Part shown: piece after piece, positions 1-13,639 of the stretch
Layout: each line of letters starts with the position of its first letter
Numbering within the stretch: the first letter of the stretch is position 1
Source: the human T2T-CHM13v2.0 reference genome, Homo sapiens
Direction: 5' to 3' (one strand)
NCBI RefSeq assembly: GCF_009914755.1
Contig: NC_060947.1
DNA length: 64,000 nucleotides
The notes under the pieces: generated by a model
Database searches by the model: none
Told to the model about the DNA's origin: nothing
What the model saw: the letters and a program-made list of their open reading frames with translations, nothing else
Translations under genes and position numbers: made by a program

Positions 1-232
1 GAAATATTAGGAAAAAAAGATTACACCAAAAGAAAATAATAATACTTCAATAATGGACCCAGAAGAACTAAAAATCTAGAAAATGACTGACAAAGAATTT
101 AGAACAATCCTTTTGAAGAAGTTTAGTGCACCTCAAAAAATAGAAATACAAAATTAAAGAACATTTGAAAAGCAATTCATGAACAAAATTAAAAGTTTGA
201 CGAAGAAGTAGAAACAATAAAGAAACAAATAT
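1..232 (+). mobile_element. Old L1M ORF1 5' part (host element; resumes at ~3054)
   Basis: A-rich ORF1-like sequence (gaaaatgactgacaaagaatttagaac) that continues collinearly after a TSD at 3041-3053. Confidence 0.7.
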
Positions 233-3040
233 TACCTGGTTGTGGTCTTTACTTTCTACATTTAGTGTTCCTTTCAAGATTTCCTGTAAGGCAGGTCTGC
301 TGGTAATGAACTCTGTCAGCATTTGCATATCTAAAAAGGATCTTATTCCCCCTTCTCTTAGAAAGCTTAGTTCAGCTGGATATGAAGCCCCTGCTTTTTT
401 TTAAGAATGTTGTATATGGGCCTCCAATCTCTTCTGGCTTGTAGGCTGTCAGCTGAGAGGTCCACTGTTAGACTTTTGTAGGTGACCTTCCCTTTCTCTC
501 TAGCTGCCTTTAACATTCTTTTTTTCATTTTGACCTTGGAAAATATAATGATTATGTGTTTCTTGAGGATGATCTTCTTGTGTAGAAACTTGCAGGAGTT
601 CTCTGTATTTTCCTGAATTTTACTGTTGGCCTCTCCATCAAGGTTTGGGAAGTTTTTATGGATGATATTCTGAAATATATTTTCCAAGTAGTTTGCTTTT
701 TTTCCTTCCTTTTCAGGATGCCAATGATTCATACATTTGGCCTCTTTACATAATCTCATACTTCTTGGAGGATTAATTGATTCTTTTTTATTCCCTTTTA
801 AAAATGTTTTTGTCTTATTTCAGAGAACCAGTCTTCAAGTTCTGAAATTCTTTCCTCAGTTTGGTTTATTCTGCAGAAAGTGGAATAAAAGACACTGGAT
901 TGATATTTGAGATTGCATTGTGAAATTCTGGTATTGTGTTATTAACCTCTGTCAGACCCATTAGGTTCTTTTGTATACTGATTATTTCATCCTTTAGCTC
1001 CCGTATCACTTATTTCATGATTCATATTTTCCTTAGATTAGGTTTTGCCATCCTCCTGAATCACAATTATCTTCATTCCTAACTGTATTCTGAATTCTAT
1101 TTCTGTCATTTCAGCCAGTCCAGCCTTGTTAAGAAGTCCTGTTAGAGAACTGGTGAAGTCATTTGGAGAATATACAACACTTTGACCATTTGAGTTACTG
1201 AAGTTCTTGCATTGGTTCTTTCTCATCTCTATCAGTGTTCCTTTAACTGCCGTGTAGATTGAGTACAGTCAATAGACTTGTTTCCTGGTTGTTTTCACCT
1301 GGTCTAGGAATACAGCTATACAGGAAGGAAAAAGGTCTCTACAAAGAGAATTACAAAACACTGCTCAAAATAATCATAAAAGACACAGATGAATGAAAAA
1401 ACATCTCATGCTCATGGATAGAAAAAATCAATAACATGTAAATGGCCATATTACCCAAAGCAATTTACAGATTCAATGCTACTTTTATCAAGCTACCAAT
1501 AACATTCTTCACAGAACTGCACAAAAACTATTTAAAAATTAATGTAAAACCCAAAAAGAGCCTGAATAGCCAACAGAATCCTAAGCAAAAATAATAAAGC
1601 TGGAATAAACATGTTACCCAACTTCAAATTATACTACAGGGCTACAGTTTCCAAAACAGCATGGTACTGGTACAAAAACCGGTACATAGACCAATAGAAC
1701 AGAATAGAGAGCCCAGAAATGAGGCCACACACCTACAACCACCTGATCTCTGACAAATCTAACAAAAACAAGAAATAGAGAAAGACTTACTTTTCAATAA
1801 ATGGTGCTGGAATAACTGACTGGCCATAAGCCAGGAGACTGAAGCTGGACCCCTTCCTTACACCATATACAAAAATAAATTCAGGATGGATTAAAGACTT
1901 ACATGTAAAATCGAAAACTATAAAACCCTGAAAGATAACCTAGGCAATACCATCCTGGACATAGAGAAGTGCAAATATTTCATGACAAAGACAATAAAAA
2001 CAATTGTTAAAGAAGCAAAAATTAGTGGGATCCAATTAAATATAACAGCTTCTGCACAGCAAAAAAAAAAAACTATCAACAGAGTAAATGAACAACATAC
2101 TGAACAGAAGAAAATATTTTCAAACTACATATCTGAAAAAGGTCTAATCTCAAGCATTTATCAGGGATTTAAAAAAATTTACAAGAGAAAAACAAATAAT
2201 CCCATTAAAAAGCAGACAAAGACATGAGCAGACACTTCTTCAAAGAATATTACATGTGGCTAACAAGCATATGAAAATAAAAAAAGCTCAGTATTACTGA
2301 TTATTAGAGAAATGCAAATCAAAGCCACCATTAGCAACCATCTCAAAAAAGTCAGAATCTGTTATTCTTTAAAATCAAAAAATAACAGATGATGATGAGG
2401 TTGCTGAGAAAAGAGAACACTTATACACTGTTGGTAGGAGTTTAAATTATTTCCATTATTGTCAAAAGCAGTATGATGATTTTTCAAAGAGCTAAAACCA
2501 GAATTACCATTTGACCCAGTAATCCCATTACTTGGTACATACTCAAAGAAATATAAATCATTCCACCATAATGCACATGCACACAATGTTTATTGCAGCA
2601 CTATTCACAATAGCGAAGACATGGATTCAACCTAAATGCCCATAAATGACAGAATGGATTAAAAAAATGTGGTACATATGCACCATGGAACACTATACAG
2701 CCATACAAAGAAAAAGATTATGTCTTTTGTAGGAACATGGATGGAGCTGAAGGCTATTATCCTCAGCAAACTAATGCAGGAACGGAAAACCAAATGCTCC
2801 TTGTTCTCACTTACAAGTGGGAGCTAAATGATGATAACTTATGAACACGATAAGGAAACAACATACACTGGAGTCTACTTGAGGATAGAGGGTGGGAGGA
2901 GGGAGAGAAGCAGAAAAAATAACTATTGGGTACTGCAATTAATTCCTGTGTGGTGAAATAACCTGTACAACAAACCCCCGTGACATGAGTTTACCTATGT
3001 AACAAACCTTCACATATACCCCCAAACCTTAAATAAACAA
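233..3040 (+). mobile_element. 5'-inverted L1 (old L1PA/L1PB class): inverted ORF1 ~233-1303 (-), then ORF2 3' end and 3'UTR ~1304-3040 (+)
   Basis: Minus-strand ORFs 367-759 and 1038-1226 are ORF1p-like; plus-strand ORF2 C-terminus and 3'UTR follow; flanked by aagaaacaaatat (220-232) and aagaaataaatat (3041-3053). Confidence 0.88.
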
Positions 3041-3053
3041 AAGAAATAAATAT

Positions 3054-3360
3054 AAATTCTAGAGATAAAGAATACAATAATTGAAGAAAAAAATAGAAAG
3101 CTTTAACATCAGACTTGATCAAGTAGAACAAAGAGTCAATGAACTAAAGATATGACATTTGAAGTTATCTAATCAGAAAAGGAAAAAGAAGAAATAATGA
3201 AGAAGGACTACATCAACAATGAAGCACCATCAAGAAAACAAACATTGCATAGTAGAAGTTCCAGGAGAAGCGAGAGACAAAGAACTACAAAGCAAACGTA
3301 AAAATAAATAAATAAGCCTAAAAATTTTCCAGACCTGGGAAAAGATGACATTATTTGACT
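3054..3360 (+). mobile_element. Old L1M ORF1 continuation
   Basis: attctagagataaagaatacaata ... gaagttccaggaga ... aaattttccagacctggg, typical of ORF1. Confidence 0.7.
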
Positions 3361-3364
3361 TCAG

Positions 3365-5160
3365 AAATAAGATTACCTCCTGTTTACCTCTGCTATCAAT
3401 GTTCCATGCCACCCTGGTGACTCAGGAGATTATGAGCCTGCTCAACTACACAGTATACCTCTACTACAAATGGACTTTAAGTAACACTAAGTTTACTTAT
3501 AACCAATAAAATCATGCAGTATCTTCACTACTTCAAATATAGCCAAAAGCAAAGCCAAATGCCCTATTCAATAAACAGCATAGTCATATCCTCATGAAAT
3601 AAAATGTCTTGCCCCAATAAAAGTAAATTTAAAAATAAGAAGTTACTGTTTTTTGAGGTATGAACAAATAAGTGTAATACCAAAAATATGAAAAGTCAAG
3701 TATTATGACCCACCAAAAGAAACAGTATTTCTTCAGAAAAAAAATTCTAACCAAAAAGAAAATCCTCAAAATTCCAAATAAATAGTTCAAAATTTTAATT
3801 TTAAGAAAGCTCGATGAGATGCAAGTGAAAACTGAAGTCAATAAAAATAAAATAAAATCAATGACAGATGTAAATGAGAAATTTACCAATGAGTTAGATA
3901 TCTTTTAAAAAATGAAACTTCTGGGAAATAAAAAATTATAGTGGAATTACAAAATACACGAAAAACATCGATAATAGACTGTACCAAGAAGAAGGAGAAT
4001 ATCAGAACTGGAAGAAAGGTCTAGCTTAATTAATTAAATTAATTCAGTTAGACAAAAATAAAGAAAAAAGAATTAAAAGAAATTAACAAAGCCTTCAAGA
4101 AGTATGGGACTACGTAAAATGACCAAAGGTGTAAATCATCAGTATTCCTAATGGAGAAGAAAAATAAAGTTTAGAAAACCTACTTAAGTAAATAATTAAT
4201 GAAAATTCTCTTACTCTAGCAAGAGACTTAGATATCCAGAAACAGGAGGCCCAACAAAAATCAGAAAAAAATACAATTTAAGATGAAATTCACCATGACA
4301 TTACACAGTCATCAAACTGTGTAATGTCAATGTGCAATTAAAAAAAAAAAAACCTAAAATTGGTGAGGCAAAAATGCCTAGTCACCTATAAAGCAAATCT
4401 CATCAGACTAACAGTGGACTTCTCAGCAGAAACCATATAAGGCAGAAAAGGTTGAGACCTTATATTTAAAGCAGTAAATAAAAAACAGTGCCAAGCAAGA
4501 ATTCTGTTTCATGACAGAAAAAAACTTTATAAGTAAAGGAGAAATAAGGTATCTCCCAGACAAGTAAATGCTGAGAAAATTTATCACCACTAATTCAGCC
4601 CTATAAGAAATGCTCAATGGAGTTGTAAGCATAGAAATGAAAGATCAATATTCACCAATACTAAAACACGCAGAGCATAAAACTCAAGGGTCTCATAAAA
4701 CAATTATAAGGAGAAAGAGAAAGAAATTAAATGGCACCATGACAGAACTCCATCAAACCACAAAGACAGAGAGAAAGCAAAAGAAGAAACAAACAAACAA
4801 ACAAAAAATACACAAAACAACTAAATAATACTAACAATATAACCGGAACAAAACCCCACATATCAATATTAACCATGAACACAAATAAATTAAATGCCCA
4901 CTTAAAAATATATACGGGTGGAATGAATTTTAATAATTATCCAATTATATACTTCTAACAAGAAATTCATATTACATGTAAAGACAAATATAAATGAAAG
5001 AGTTGAAAATGATAATTCATGCAAGTGGAAATCATAAGTGAGCAGGAGTAGCTAAACTTATATAAAATAAAAGAGAATTTAAATAAAAAAATGGTAAAAA
5101 AAACCAACAGGTCATTACATAATAATAAGGTGGTTAATTCAGCAAGACAATATAACAATC

Positions 5161-5204
<44 letters not shown>

Positions 5205-5695
5205 TTAACAATGGGGCATGCAGATTCATAAAACAAATGTTACTAGACCTAATGAAAGAGATAGACAGAAATGTAGTAAGAGTAGTGTAGGTAAGGACCT
5301 CACTCATAGCAGTAGAAAGATCAAGTCAGAAAACCAAAAAAGAATCCTTGGACTTAACTTGAACTTTAGGCCAAATGGACCTCAGAGACATATACAGAAC
5401 ATTCTAACCAACAGCGGCAGAATACACATTGTTCTCACCAGCACATGAAAGGTATTCCAAGACAGACTACAAGTTAGGTCACAAAACAAATCTTAATACA
5501 TTTTTGAAAAATCAAGTAATATTAAGTATTTTCTCAGACCATAGACGAATAAAAGTAGAAATCAATTCCAAGCAAAACTTTGAAAAATATACAAATACAC
5601 AAAAACAGAAAAACATGCTTCATGATCTTTTGGAAAAAAATAAAATTAAAATGGAAATTTAAAACTTTTTGGAAGTGAATAAACATGAAAACACA
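3365..5695 (+). mobile_element. Old L1 (L1MA/L1PB-like): end of 5'UTR, ORF1 and ORF2 endonuclease; resumes at ~10880
   Basis: ORF1 motifs 3650-4640; endonuclease remnants FSPAHERYSKTDYKLGH and IFSDH (ORF 5429-5662). Confidence 0.85.
5164..5200. repeat. (AT)n microsatellite
   Basis: Direct inspection. Confidence 0.95.
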
Positions 5696-8600
5696 GGTGA
5701 GTTTGGACCAAGATGGCTGCTGCAGTCCATGACTCTCACGGAGAAGAATGAAAACTGAGTGAATTTTGCACCTTCAACTGAGGTATTCAGATTCTCTCAT
5801 TGGAACTGACTAGATGGGCAGTTCAACCCACAGAGTTAGGAAAAGCGGGGGGGTGTAAGGACCCCACCCACCCCCACCCTGCCAGGAACAGCATGGAGCC
5901 AGGGAAGCTTCCATTTTCAGCCAAGGGAGACAGTGAATGGTTGTGCAACTCTGCCTGAAAAACCACGCTTTTCTCACAGATCTTTGTAACCCACAGGGCT
6001 TTGGGTTAGAAGCACAGAGCTGTGTGGAGTCTCAGTGGGGTGGCCACTTAGGACTGCATGAAGACCCAGGAGTTGTTTTGCATACTGTGGCCCTGGAAAT
6101 TTCCAGCAAAATGGAAGATCCATCCATGTATTCCCCTTGGAAGGGGGCTGAATCCAGGAAGCCAAGCAACGTCATTCTGCAGGCCGCACCCCAATGGCAT
6201 CCCACAAGTTAAGACTCACTGGCTTCGAATTCTAGGTGGCCAGTGGCAGCAGGCAGGAGACTGCCTGAGACAGACCGAGTTCCTAGGGGGAGGGACAGTG
6301 GCCATCTCTTCAGTTTGAGTCAGCCGTTCTAGCCTCCTGGCTCCAGGAAGCCCAGTGGTTCTGGAGCAATTCCCCCATAAAATACAGAGAATCCCAATAA
6401 GATACTCCAGGAGAATATCAACCATAAGATATATATATAATCATCAGATTCTCCAAGTTTGAAATTAAAAAAAAATGTTAAGGGCAGCCAAAGAGAAAGG
6501 CCAGGTCACCTACAAAGCGAAGTCCATCAGACTAACAGCAGACCTCTCAGTGGAAACCATACAAGCCAGAAGAGATTGGGGGACAAAATTCAACATTTTT
6601 AAAGAAAAGAATTTTCAACCCAGAATTTCATATTTGGCCAAACGAAGCCTCATAAACAGAGAAATAAAGTCTTTTTCAGACATACAAATGCTGAGGGAAT
6701 TCATCACCACCAGGCCTGCCTTGCAAGAGCTCCTGGAGGAAGCACGAAATATAGAAAAGAAAAATTGTTAATAGCTACTACAAAAACACATTGAAATACA
6801 CAGACCAGTGACACTATGAAGCAACTACATAAAGAAGTCTGAAAACTAACAAGCTAGGATCAGGATGACAAAATCAAATTCACATATAACAACACTAACC
6901 TTAAATGTAAGTGGGCTAAATGTCCCAATTAAAAGACACAGAATGGCAAGCTGGTTAAAGACTCAAGACCCATTGGATGTTGTCTTGAAGAAACACATCT
7001 CATATGCAAAGACACACATAGGCTCAAAATAAAAGAATGGAGGAAAATGTCCAAGCAAATGGAAAACAGAAAAAAAATTGCAATCCTAGTTTCTTACAAA
7101 GCAGATTTTAAACCAACAAAGATCAAAAAATACAAAGATGGGCATTAGATAATGGTAAAGGATTCAATGCAACAAGAAAAGCTAACTATCCTAAATACAC
7201 ATGTGCCCAATACAGGAGCACCGAGATTCATAAACCAAGTTCTTAGATACCTACAAAAAGAGTTAGACTTCCACACAATAATAGTGGGAGGCTTTAACAC
7301 CCCACTGAAAATTTTAGACAGGTCATAGAGACAGAAAATTTAAAAAGATATTCAGGACCTGAACTTAGCTCTGAATCAAGGGAACCTGATAGACATCTAC
7401 AAAACTTTCCACCAAAAAAAACCAGAATGTACATTTTTTTTTATCGCCACATGGCACTTACTCTAAAATTGATCACATAATTGGAAGTAAAACACTCCTA
7501 AGAAAATGTAAATTAAAAACCCAAAATCATAGCAAAATATCTCTCAGACCACAGCACAATCATCAAATGAGAACTCAAAGTAAAGAAACTCACTCAAAAC
7601 CACACAACTACATGGATATTGAAAAATATGCTTCTGAATGACTCCTGAGTTCATAATAAAATTAAGGCAGAAATCAAGAAGTTCTTTGAAATTAATGGGA
7701 ACAAAGAGACAGCATACCAGAATCTCTGGGACACAGCTAAAGCAGTGTTAAAATATATATAAAGCACTAAATGCCCACATCAAAAAGCTAGAAATATGTC
7801 AAATCAACAACCTAACATCACATATAAAAGAACTAGACAGCCAAGAGCAAACAAACCCAAAGCTAGCAGAAGACAAGAAATAACCAAGATCAGAATAGAA
7901 CTTACAAAGATAGAATCATAAGAATACTTTCAAAAAATCAAAGAATGCAAGAGCTGTTTTTTTTTTGAAAAAATTAATAAAATAAACCACTAACTAGGCT
8001 AATAAGAAAACAGAGAAGAATCAAATAGGCACAATCAGAAATGATAAGGGGGATATTACCACTGACCCCAGAGAAATAAAAACAACCATCACATGAACTA
8101 GAAAATCCTGATGAAATGGATAAATTTCTGGACATACACACCCTCCCAAGACTGAACCAGGAAGAAATTCAGGCTCTGAATAGACCAGTAATGTGTTCTA
8201 AAATTGAGGCAGTAATAAATAGCCTACCAATGAAAAAGAGCTCACGACCAGGCAGATTCACCAATGAATTGTACCAGAGGTACAAAGAAGAGTTTGTGCC
8301 ATTTCTACTGAAACCATTCCAAAGAATTAAAAAGAAGAGACTCCTCCCCAATTAATTTTATGAAGCCAGCATCATCCTGATATCAAAACCTGGCAGAGAT
8401 ACAACAAAAAAGAAAACTTCCGGCCATTATTTCTGATAAACATCAATATAAAAATCCTAAGTAAAATACTGGCAAACCAAATCCAGCAGCATATCAAAAA
8501 GCTTATCCACAACGATCAAGTTTCATCCCTGGGATGCGAGGTTGGTTCACCATACACAAATCGATAAATAAAATTTATCACATTTACAGAACTAAAGACA

Positions 8601-10880
8601 AAAACCACACGATTATCTCAATAGATGCAGAAATGGCCGTTGATAAAATTAAACATCCTTCGTGTTAAAATCTCTCAACAAATTAGGTATTCAAGAAACT
8701 TACCTCAAAATAATAAGAGCAATATATGACAAACCCACAGCCAGTATCATTCTAAATGGGCAAAAGCTGGAAGCATTCCCCTTGAAAACCAGCAAAAAGC
8801 AAGGATGCCTTGTATCATCACTCCTATTCAACATAGTATTGGAAGTTCTGACCAGGTGAATCAGGCAAGATTAAGAAATAAATGGTATTCAGATAGGAAG
8901 AGAGGAAGTCAAATTATCTTTGTTTGCAGGTGCAACAACCTTGTGTCTAGAAAACCCCACATTCTCAACCCAAAAGCTTCTTAAGCTGATAAACAACTTC
9001 AGCAAAGTCTCAGTATACAAAATTGATGTGCAAAAATTGCTAACATTCCTACACACAAACAACAGGCAAGCAGAGAGCCAAATCATAAAAGAACTCCCAT
9101 TCACAATTGCTACTAAGAGAATAAAATACCTAGGAATACAGCTAACAAAGGAAGCAAAGAACCTCTTCAAAGAAAACTACAGACCACTGCTCAAGGCAAT
9201 CAAAGAGGACACAAATAAATACAAAAAAAATCTATGCTCTTAGATAGAAAGAATCAATATTGTGAAAATGGCCATAGTGCCCAAAGTAATTTATAGATTC
9301 AATGCTTTCTCCATTAAACCACCATTGACATTCTTCACAGAATTAGAAAAAATTATTCTAATATTCATATGTAACCAAAAATATGCCCAAATAGCCAAGA
9401 CAATCTTAAGCAAAAAGAACAAAGCTGGAAACATCATGCTACCAGACTTCAAACTATACTACAAGTCTACATAACCAAAATAGCATAGGACAGGTACAAA
9501 AACAGACACATAGACCAATGGAACAAAATAGGGAACTCAGAAATAAGACCACACACCTACAATTATATGATCTTTGACAAACCCAACAGAAACAATGAAT
9601 GAGGAAAGTATTTTCTATTTAATAAATTGTGCTGGAAAAACTGGTTAGCCATATGCAGAAAATTGAAACTGGACTCCTTTCTTACACCGTATACAATAAT
9701 TAACTTAAGATGGAGTAAAGACTTAAATGTATAATGCCAAATTTAAAAAAAACCCTAGAAGAAAATCTAGGCAATATTTTTCAGGACATAGGCATGGGCA
9801 AAGATTTCATAATGAAAATGCCAAATGCAATTACAACAAAAGCTGAAATTGACAAATGGGATCTAATTGAACTAATGAGCTGCTTCATGGCAAAACAAAC
9901 AAAAAACCTATCATCAGAGTGAACAGGCAACCTACATAATGGGAGAAAATTGTAGCAATCTATTTGTCTGACAAAGGTCTAATATCCAGAGTCTACAAGG
10001 AACTTAATATACAAAACAAAACCAAATCTATTAAAAAGTGGGCAAGGGACATGAACGAACACTTCTCAAAAAAAGACATTGATGTTGTTAACAAACATAT
10101 AAAAAAAAGCTCAATATCACTGATCATTACATATATGTAAATCAAAATCACAATGAGATACTATCTCATGCCAGTCAGAATGGCAATTATTAAAATTTCA
10201 AGAAACAACAGATGCAGGTGAGGTTGCAGAGAAAGAGGAACACTTTTATACTCTCAGTGGAAATGTAAATTAGTTCAACCATTGTGGAAGAGAGTGTGGT
10301 GATTTTTCAAAGATCTAGAACAAAAAGTACTATTTGACCCAGTATCCCATTATGGGGTATATACCCAAAGGAATATAAATCATTCAATTGTAAAGATACA
10401 TGCACACACATGTTTATTGCAGCACTATTGATAATAGCAAAGACATGGAATCTACCCAAATTCCCATCAATGATAGACTGCATAAAGAAAATGTAGTATA
10501 TAAACACCATGGAATACTATGCAGCCATAAAAAGAAAGGAGATGATGTCCTCTGCAGGGACATGGATAAAGCTGGAAACTGTTACCCTCAGCAAACTAAC
10601 CTAGGAAGAGAAAACCAAACACCGCAAGTTCTAACTTATAAGTGGGAGCTGAATGTTGAGAACACAGGGACACATGGTAGGGGAACAACGCACACTGGAG
10701 CCTGTCAGCAGGGTGGTGGGAGAGAGAGCCTCAGAAAGAATAGCAAATAGATGATGGGCTTAATACCTAGGTGATAAGTTGATTGGTGCAGCAAACTACC
10801 ATGGCACATGTTTACTTATGTAACAAAGCTACCCATCCAGCACATGTACCCCAGAACTTAAAATATAAGTTGAAGAAAAA
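5696..10880 (+). mobile_element. Near full-length L1PA (about PA8-PA13 class) with a 5'UTR/ORF1 deletion; decayed
   Basis: 5' start ggaccaagatggctg (YY1-like); ORF1 C-terminal half (6475-6771); ORF2 fragments 8116-9922; 3' end gtaccccagaacttaaaat. Confidence 0.92.
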
Positions 10881-11145
10881 ATGAAATCATTATATAACAA
10901 AACCTTTGGGTTTTTTTGCACTACAGTAAAAGTAGTGCTAAAAGGAAATTACATAGTCTTGAACGCCTACATCAAACACATTGAGAAAAACCAAATTAAC
11001 AACTTAACATGACACCTCAAGGAACTGAATCAACAAAGACAATCAAGCCCAAAGCTAGAAGAGGAAAATAATAATAAAGATAAGAGCAGGACTAAATAAT
11101 ATTGAGTCCAACAAAGTGATACAAAACATAAATGAAGACAAATAA
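10881..11145 (+). mobile_element. Continuation of host L1 ORF2
   Basis: caaaacctttggg ... aaaagtagtgctaaaagg, collinear with the sequence interrupted at 5695. Confidence 0.8.
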
Positions 11146-11332
11146 GAAAGAGGTGGAGTAAGATAGCAGAATTGAAAGCCCCACCGATCATCCCCTCCAC
11201 AAGGACACCAAGTTAACAACCTACACAGAAAAAAACAAACAAACAAAAAACACCTTTATAATAAACAAAAGTCAGGTGAGTACTCATAGTACCTAGATTT
11301 AACTTTGTTTTCCTGAAAGGGGCACTGAAGCA
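11146..11332 (+). mobile_element. L1PB-type 5'UTR start
   Basis: gaggtggagtaagatagcagaattgaaagccccaccgatcatcccc resembles the L1PB/L1MA 5' terminus. Confidence 0.65.
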
Positions 11333-11727
11333 TATTAAAAGAAAAACTTTAGACAAATTCAGTTTAATTGATTTAATTGAGCAAGAAAGAAATGAATTTG
11401 CAAATCAGCCAGCCTCCAGAATCACAGCAGATTCAGAAAGACTCCAGGGATGCTTCATGAAGAGAGCAAATTTATAGACAGAAAAAGAAAAATGACATAC
11501 AGAAAATGGAGGTAAGTTTCAGAAACAGCTGGATTGGTTACAGTTTGGTGTTTGCCTTATTTGAACACAGTTTGAACAGTCAGTGACCTATGCGTGGTTG
11601 AAATATGGCTACTAGGATTGGCTGAGACTCAGCTATTGCCACAAAAGCATACTCCTAAGTTAAGTTACGGTTTGTCCAAAAGGACTCAAGTATGGATGTC
11701 TCAGGCCGTATTTAGTTCAATTTAACA
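11333..11727 (-). mobile_element. ERV1 3' LTR (MER4 group; MER101/MER31-like)
   Basis: t(a)ttaaaagaaaaactttagacaaatt ... tttaaca termini; adjoins the env 3' region. Confidence 0.8.
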
Positions 11728-12249
11728 ATATCCCATTTGGTCAACCTCTCAATTTACAGAGATTGAACAAAAGTTTAGTCATTGATGCCACTCTCTGTCA
11801 CCATCCTAAAATAGTTGGTCTCAGAATGGAATTCACAAGTCTTCTTTAGCTGCAGTATGTAGTTTACAAGTCTTGTTTTGTGTCATTATGGAATCACAAA
11901 TCACAGCTTTGTACCAACTGAATGATTCTTTGTATTCTTGCTGACCTAAAGAAATGGGTAGAATGGAGTGAGACCATTCAATTCACAATGGATGGCTGCA
12001 TGCAAAACATTTAAGACTTGAAAGAATACAGTGCATCAGGAGGACTATTATGATTATCAAGAGGAGAATATGAAAACGCCAAGGTGTATTCCATAACAAG
12101 AGTTATGAAAATTAACTGAACCAAATTAAACAAGATAAGATTCAGATAATATAGGCAACTCAACAATACTAGGGTCTAATTGGTCATAGTCCTTGTTTGG
12201 AATGTGATAGTGATTAAGGACCATAGTTCACTGTAAAGTGACCTGATTT

Positions 12250-13620
12250 AAAGAAGTACTCATCTTCATCGTTACTCTGGTAACACAAATCATAATAACC
12301 TGGAAACCTACTAAAAGAAATATAATGATTAGAAACACTTGAAAAACCCAAGCTTACCATCCACCACTCAAGATGCCTGCCAACCAACTGTTAGTTGCTC
12401 CTGTAAATATATCATGTGTTCCTTTCTCCTGAGCAATTTCTTTAATGTGTTTGGTGGCAGTGTCTAAGAAAACAGCAGTATTAACCACCTTTTTGATTAA
12501 GCTTTTTGTAGTAGTAAAATCAGAAGAGAGATAAGTACAACATTTAGTTTTGTTCAACACCAAACATGAGCCCCCAGCTTGGGCTAAAAGAAAATCTAAA
12601 GCTGCATGATATTCTATTATGTGTTTTTGTTGAATATATGTGTTATCGTCTACATTTTGGGGAGTAGTTTCTACCAGCCTGAAACCCTGGGAGGTCTGAC
12701 TTGCTACAAAATCCAAAATTTTTCCCAATTTATAAATTAGCTGTAAATTCCATACAGCTGGCACCCCACTACCACCAAAAATGAGCTCCAAAGGAACCCA
12801 TTGAGGAAATATTTCCTCAGTGAAAACAAGTTTATCCTCATCTATTTCAAGGCTAGTGATAATTTCAGTTATTGATCATTTTGACTTCCAACTATAAGGG
12901 CTATTATGGGAATAATCAGGGGAAGCTATTCGAAAGGCAGGAGTGATCCAGGCCAAATAACAAGATCCAAACCAAAGAAAAGGCAGAATAAATAAACAGA
13001 TTCTCCACAGACTCAATATAGGCCCTCAGGGGTTGAAAAAGAGGGCCACCTAGTTACATTTGAGCAAGAGTCAGTCAGGTTTGTTCATCCATAAATCTGT
13101 AGCTCCTGAACAAGATCAAGTAGGAAATTTACTTTTTTGTGGCCCCTTTATAGCATGTTGTAAGGGTGTATAACAACATCTATTAAAAAAAAAAGACCAA
13201 TGGATCTAATCTGGTGACAATATACAAGCAATTACTTGTACCAACATAGGTAATACTCAAATCTTGAGTGTGTTATGCCTGAAAGCACAATATATCTTTT
13301 GCAGGCATCACTTAAATTGATATTTTATATTTGGTAATAATTGAGTTATCAATTGCAAAAGAGTGTTGTTCTTAGTGAGTATAGGAAAGCAAGTAGCAGT
13401 GATGTTTAGAATATCAAGAATAGCTTCCTATTCTTTCCTTGGAGTTTAGGGTGACTTTTACTGGGAACACAGAGAGGCATTTGCATCAGTGGAATTGTTT
13501 CCTGATTTTTTGATATTAAGCCATAAACTCAACAATTACTCTGGTTTTGTGCTACAGCATAAGCTTAGCCTAAAAGCATCCACTGATTATGGTCCCATGG
13601 ATTTTCCTGTAGGGAAAATG
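12250..13620 (-). pseudogene. env: ERV1 env remnant (SU-TM)
   Basis: ORF 12354-12791: HAALDFLLAQAGGSCLVLNKTKCC is an immunosuppressive-domain-like motif followed by a cysteine loop. Confidence 0.85.
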
Positions 13621-13639
13621 AAAGAATTGGGGTGATAAA

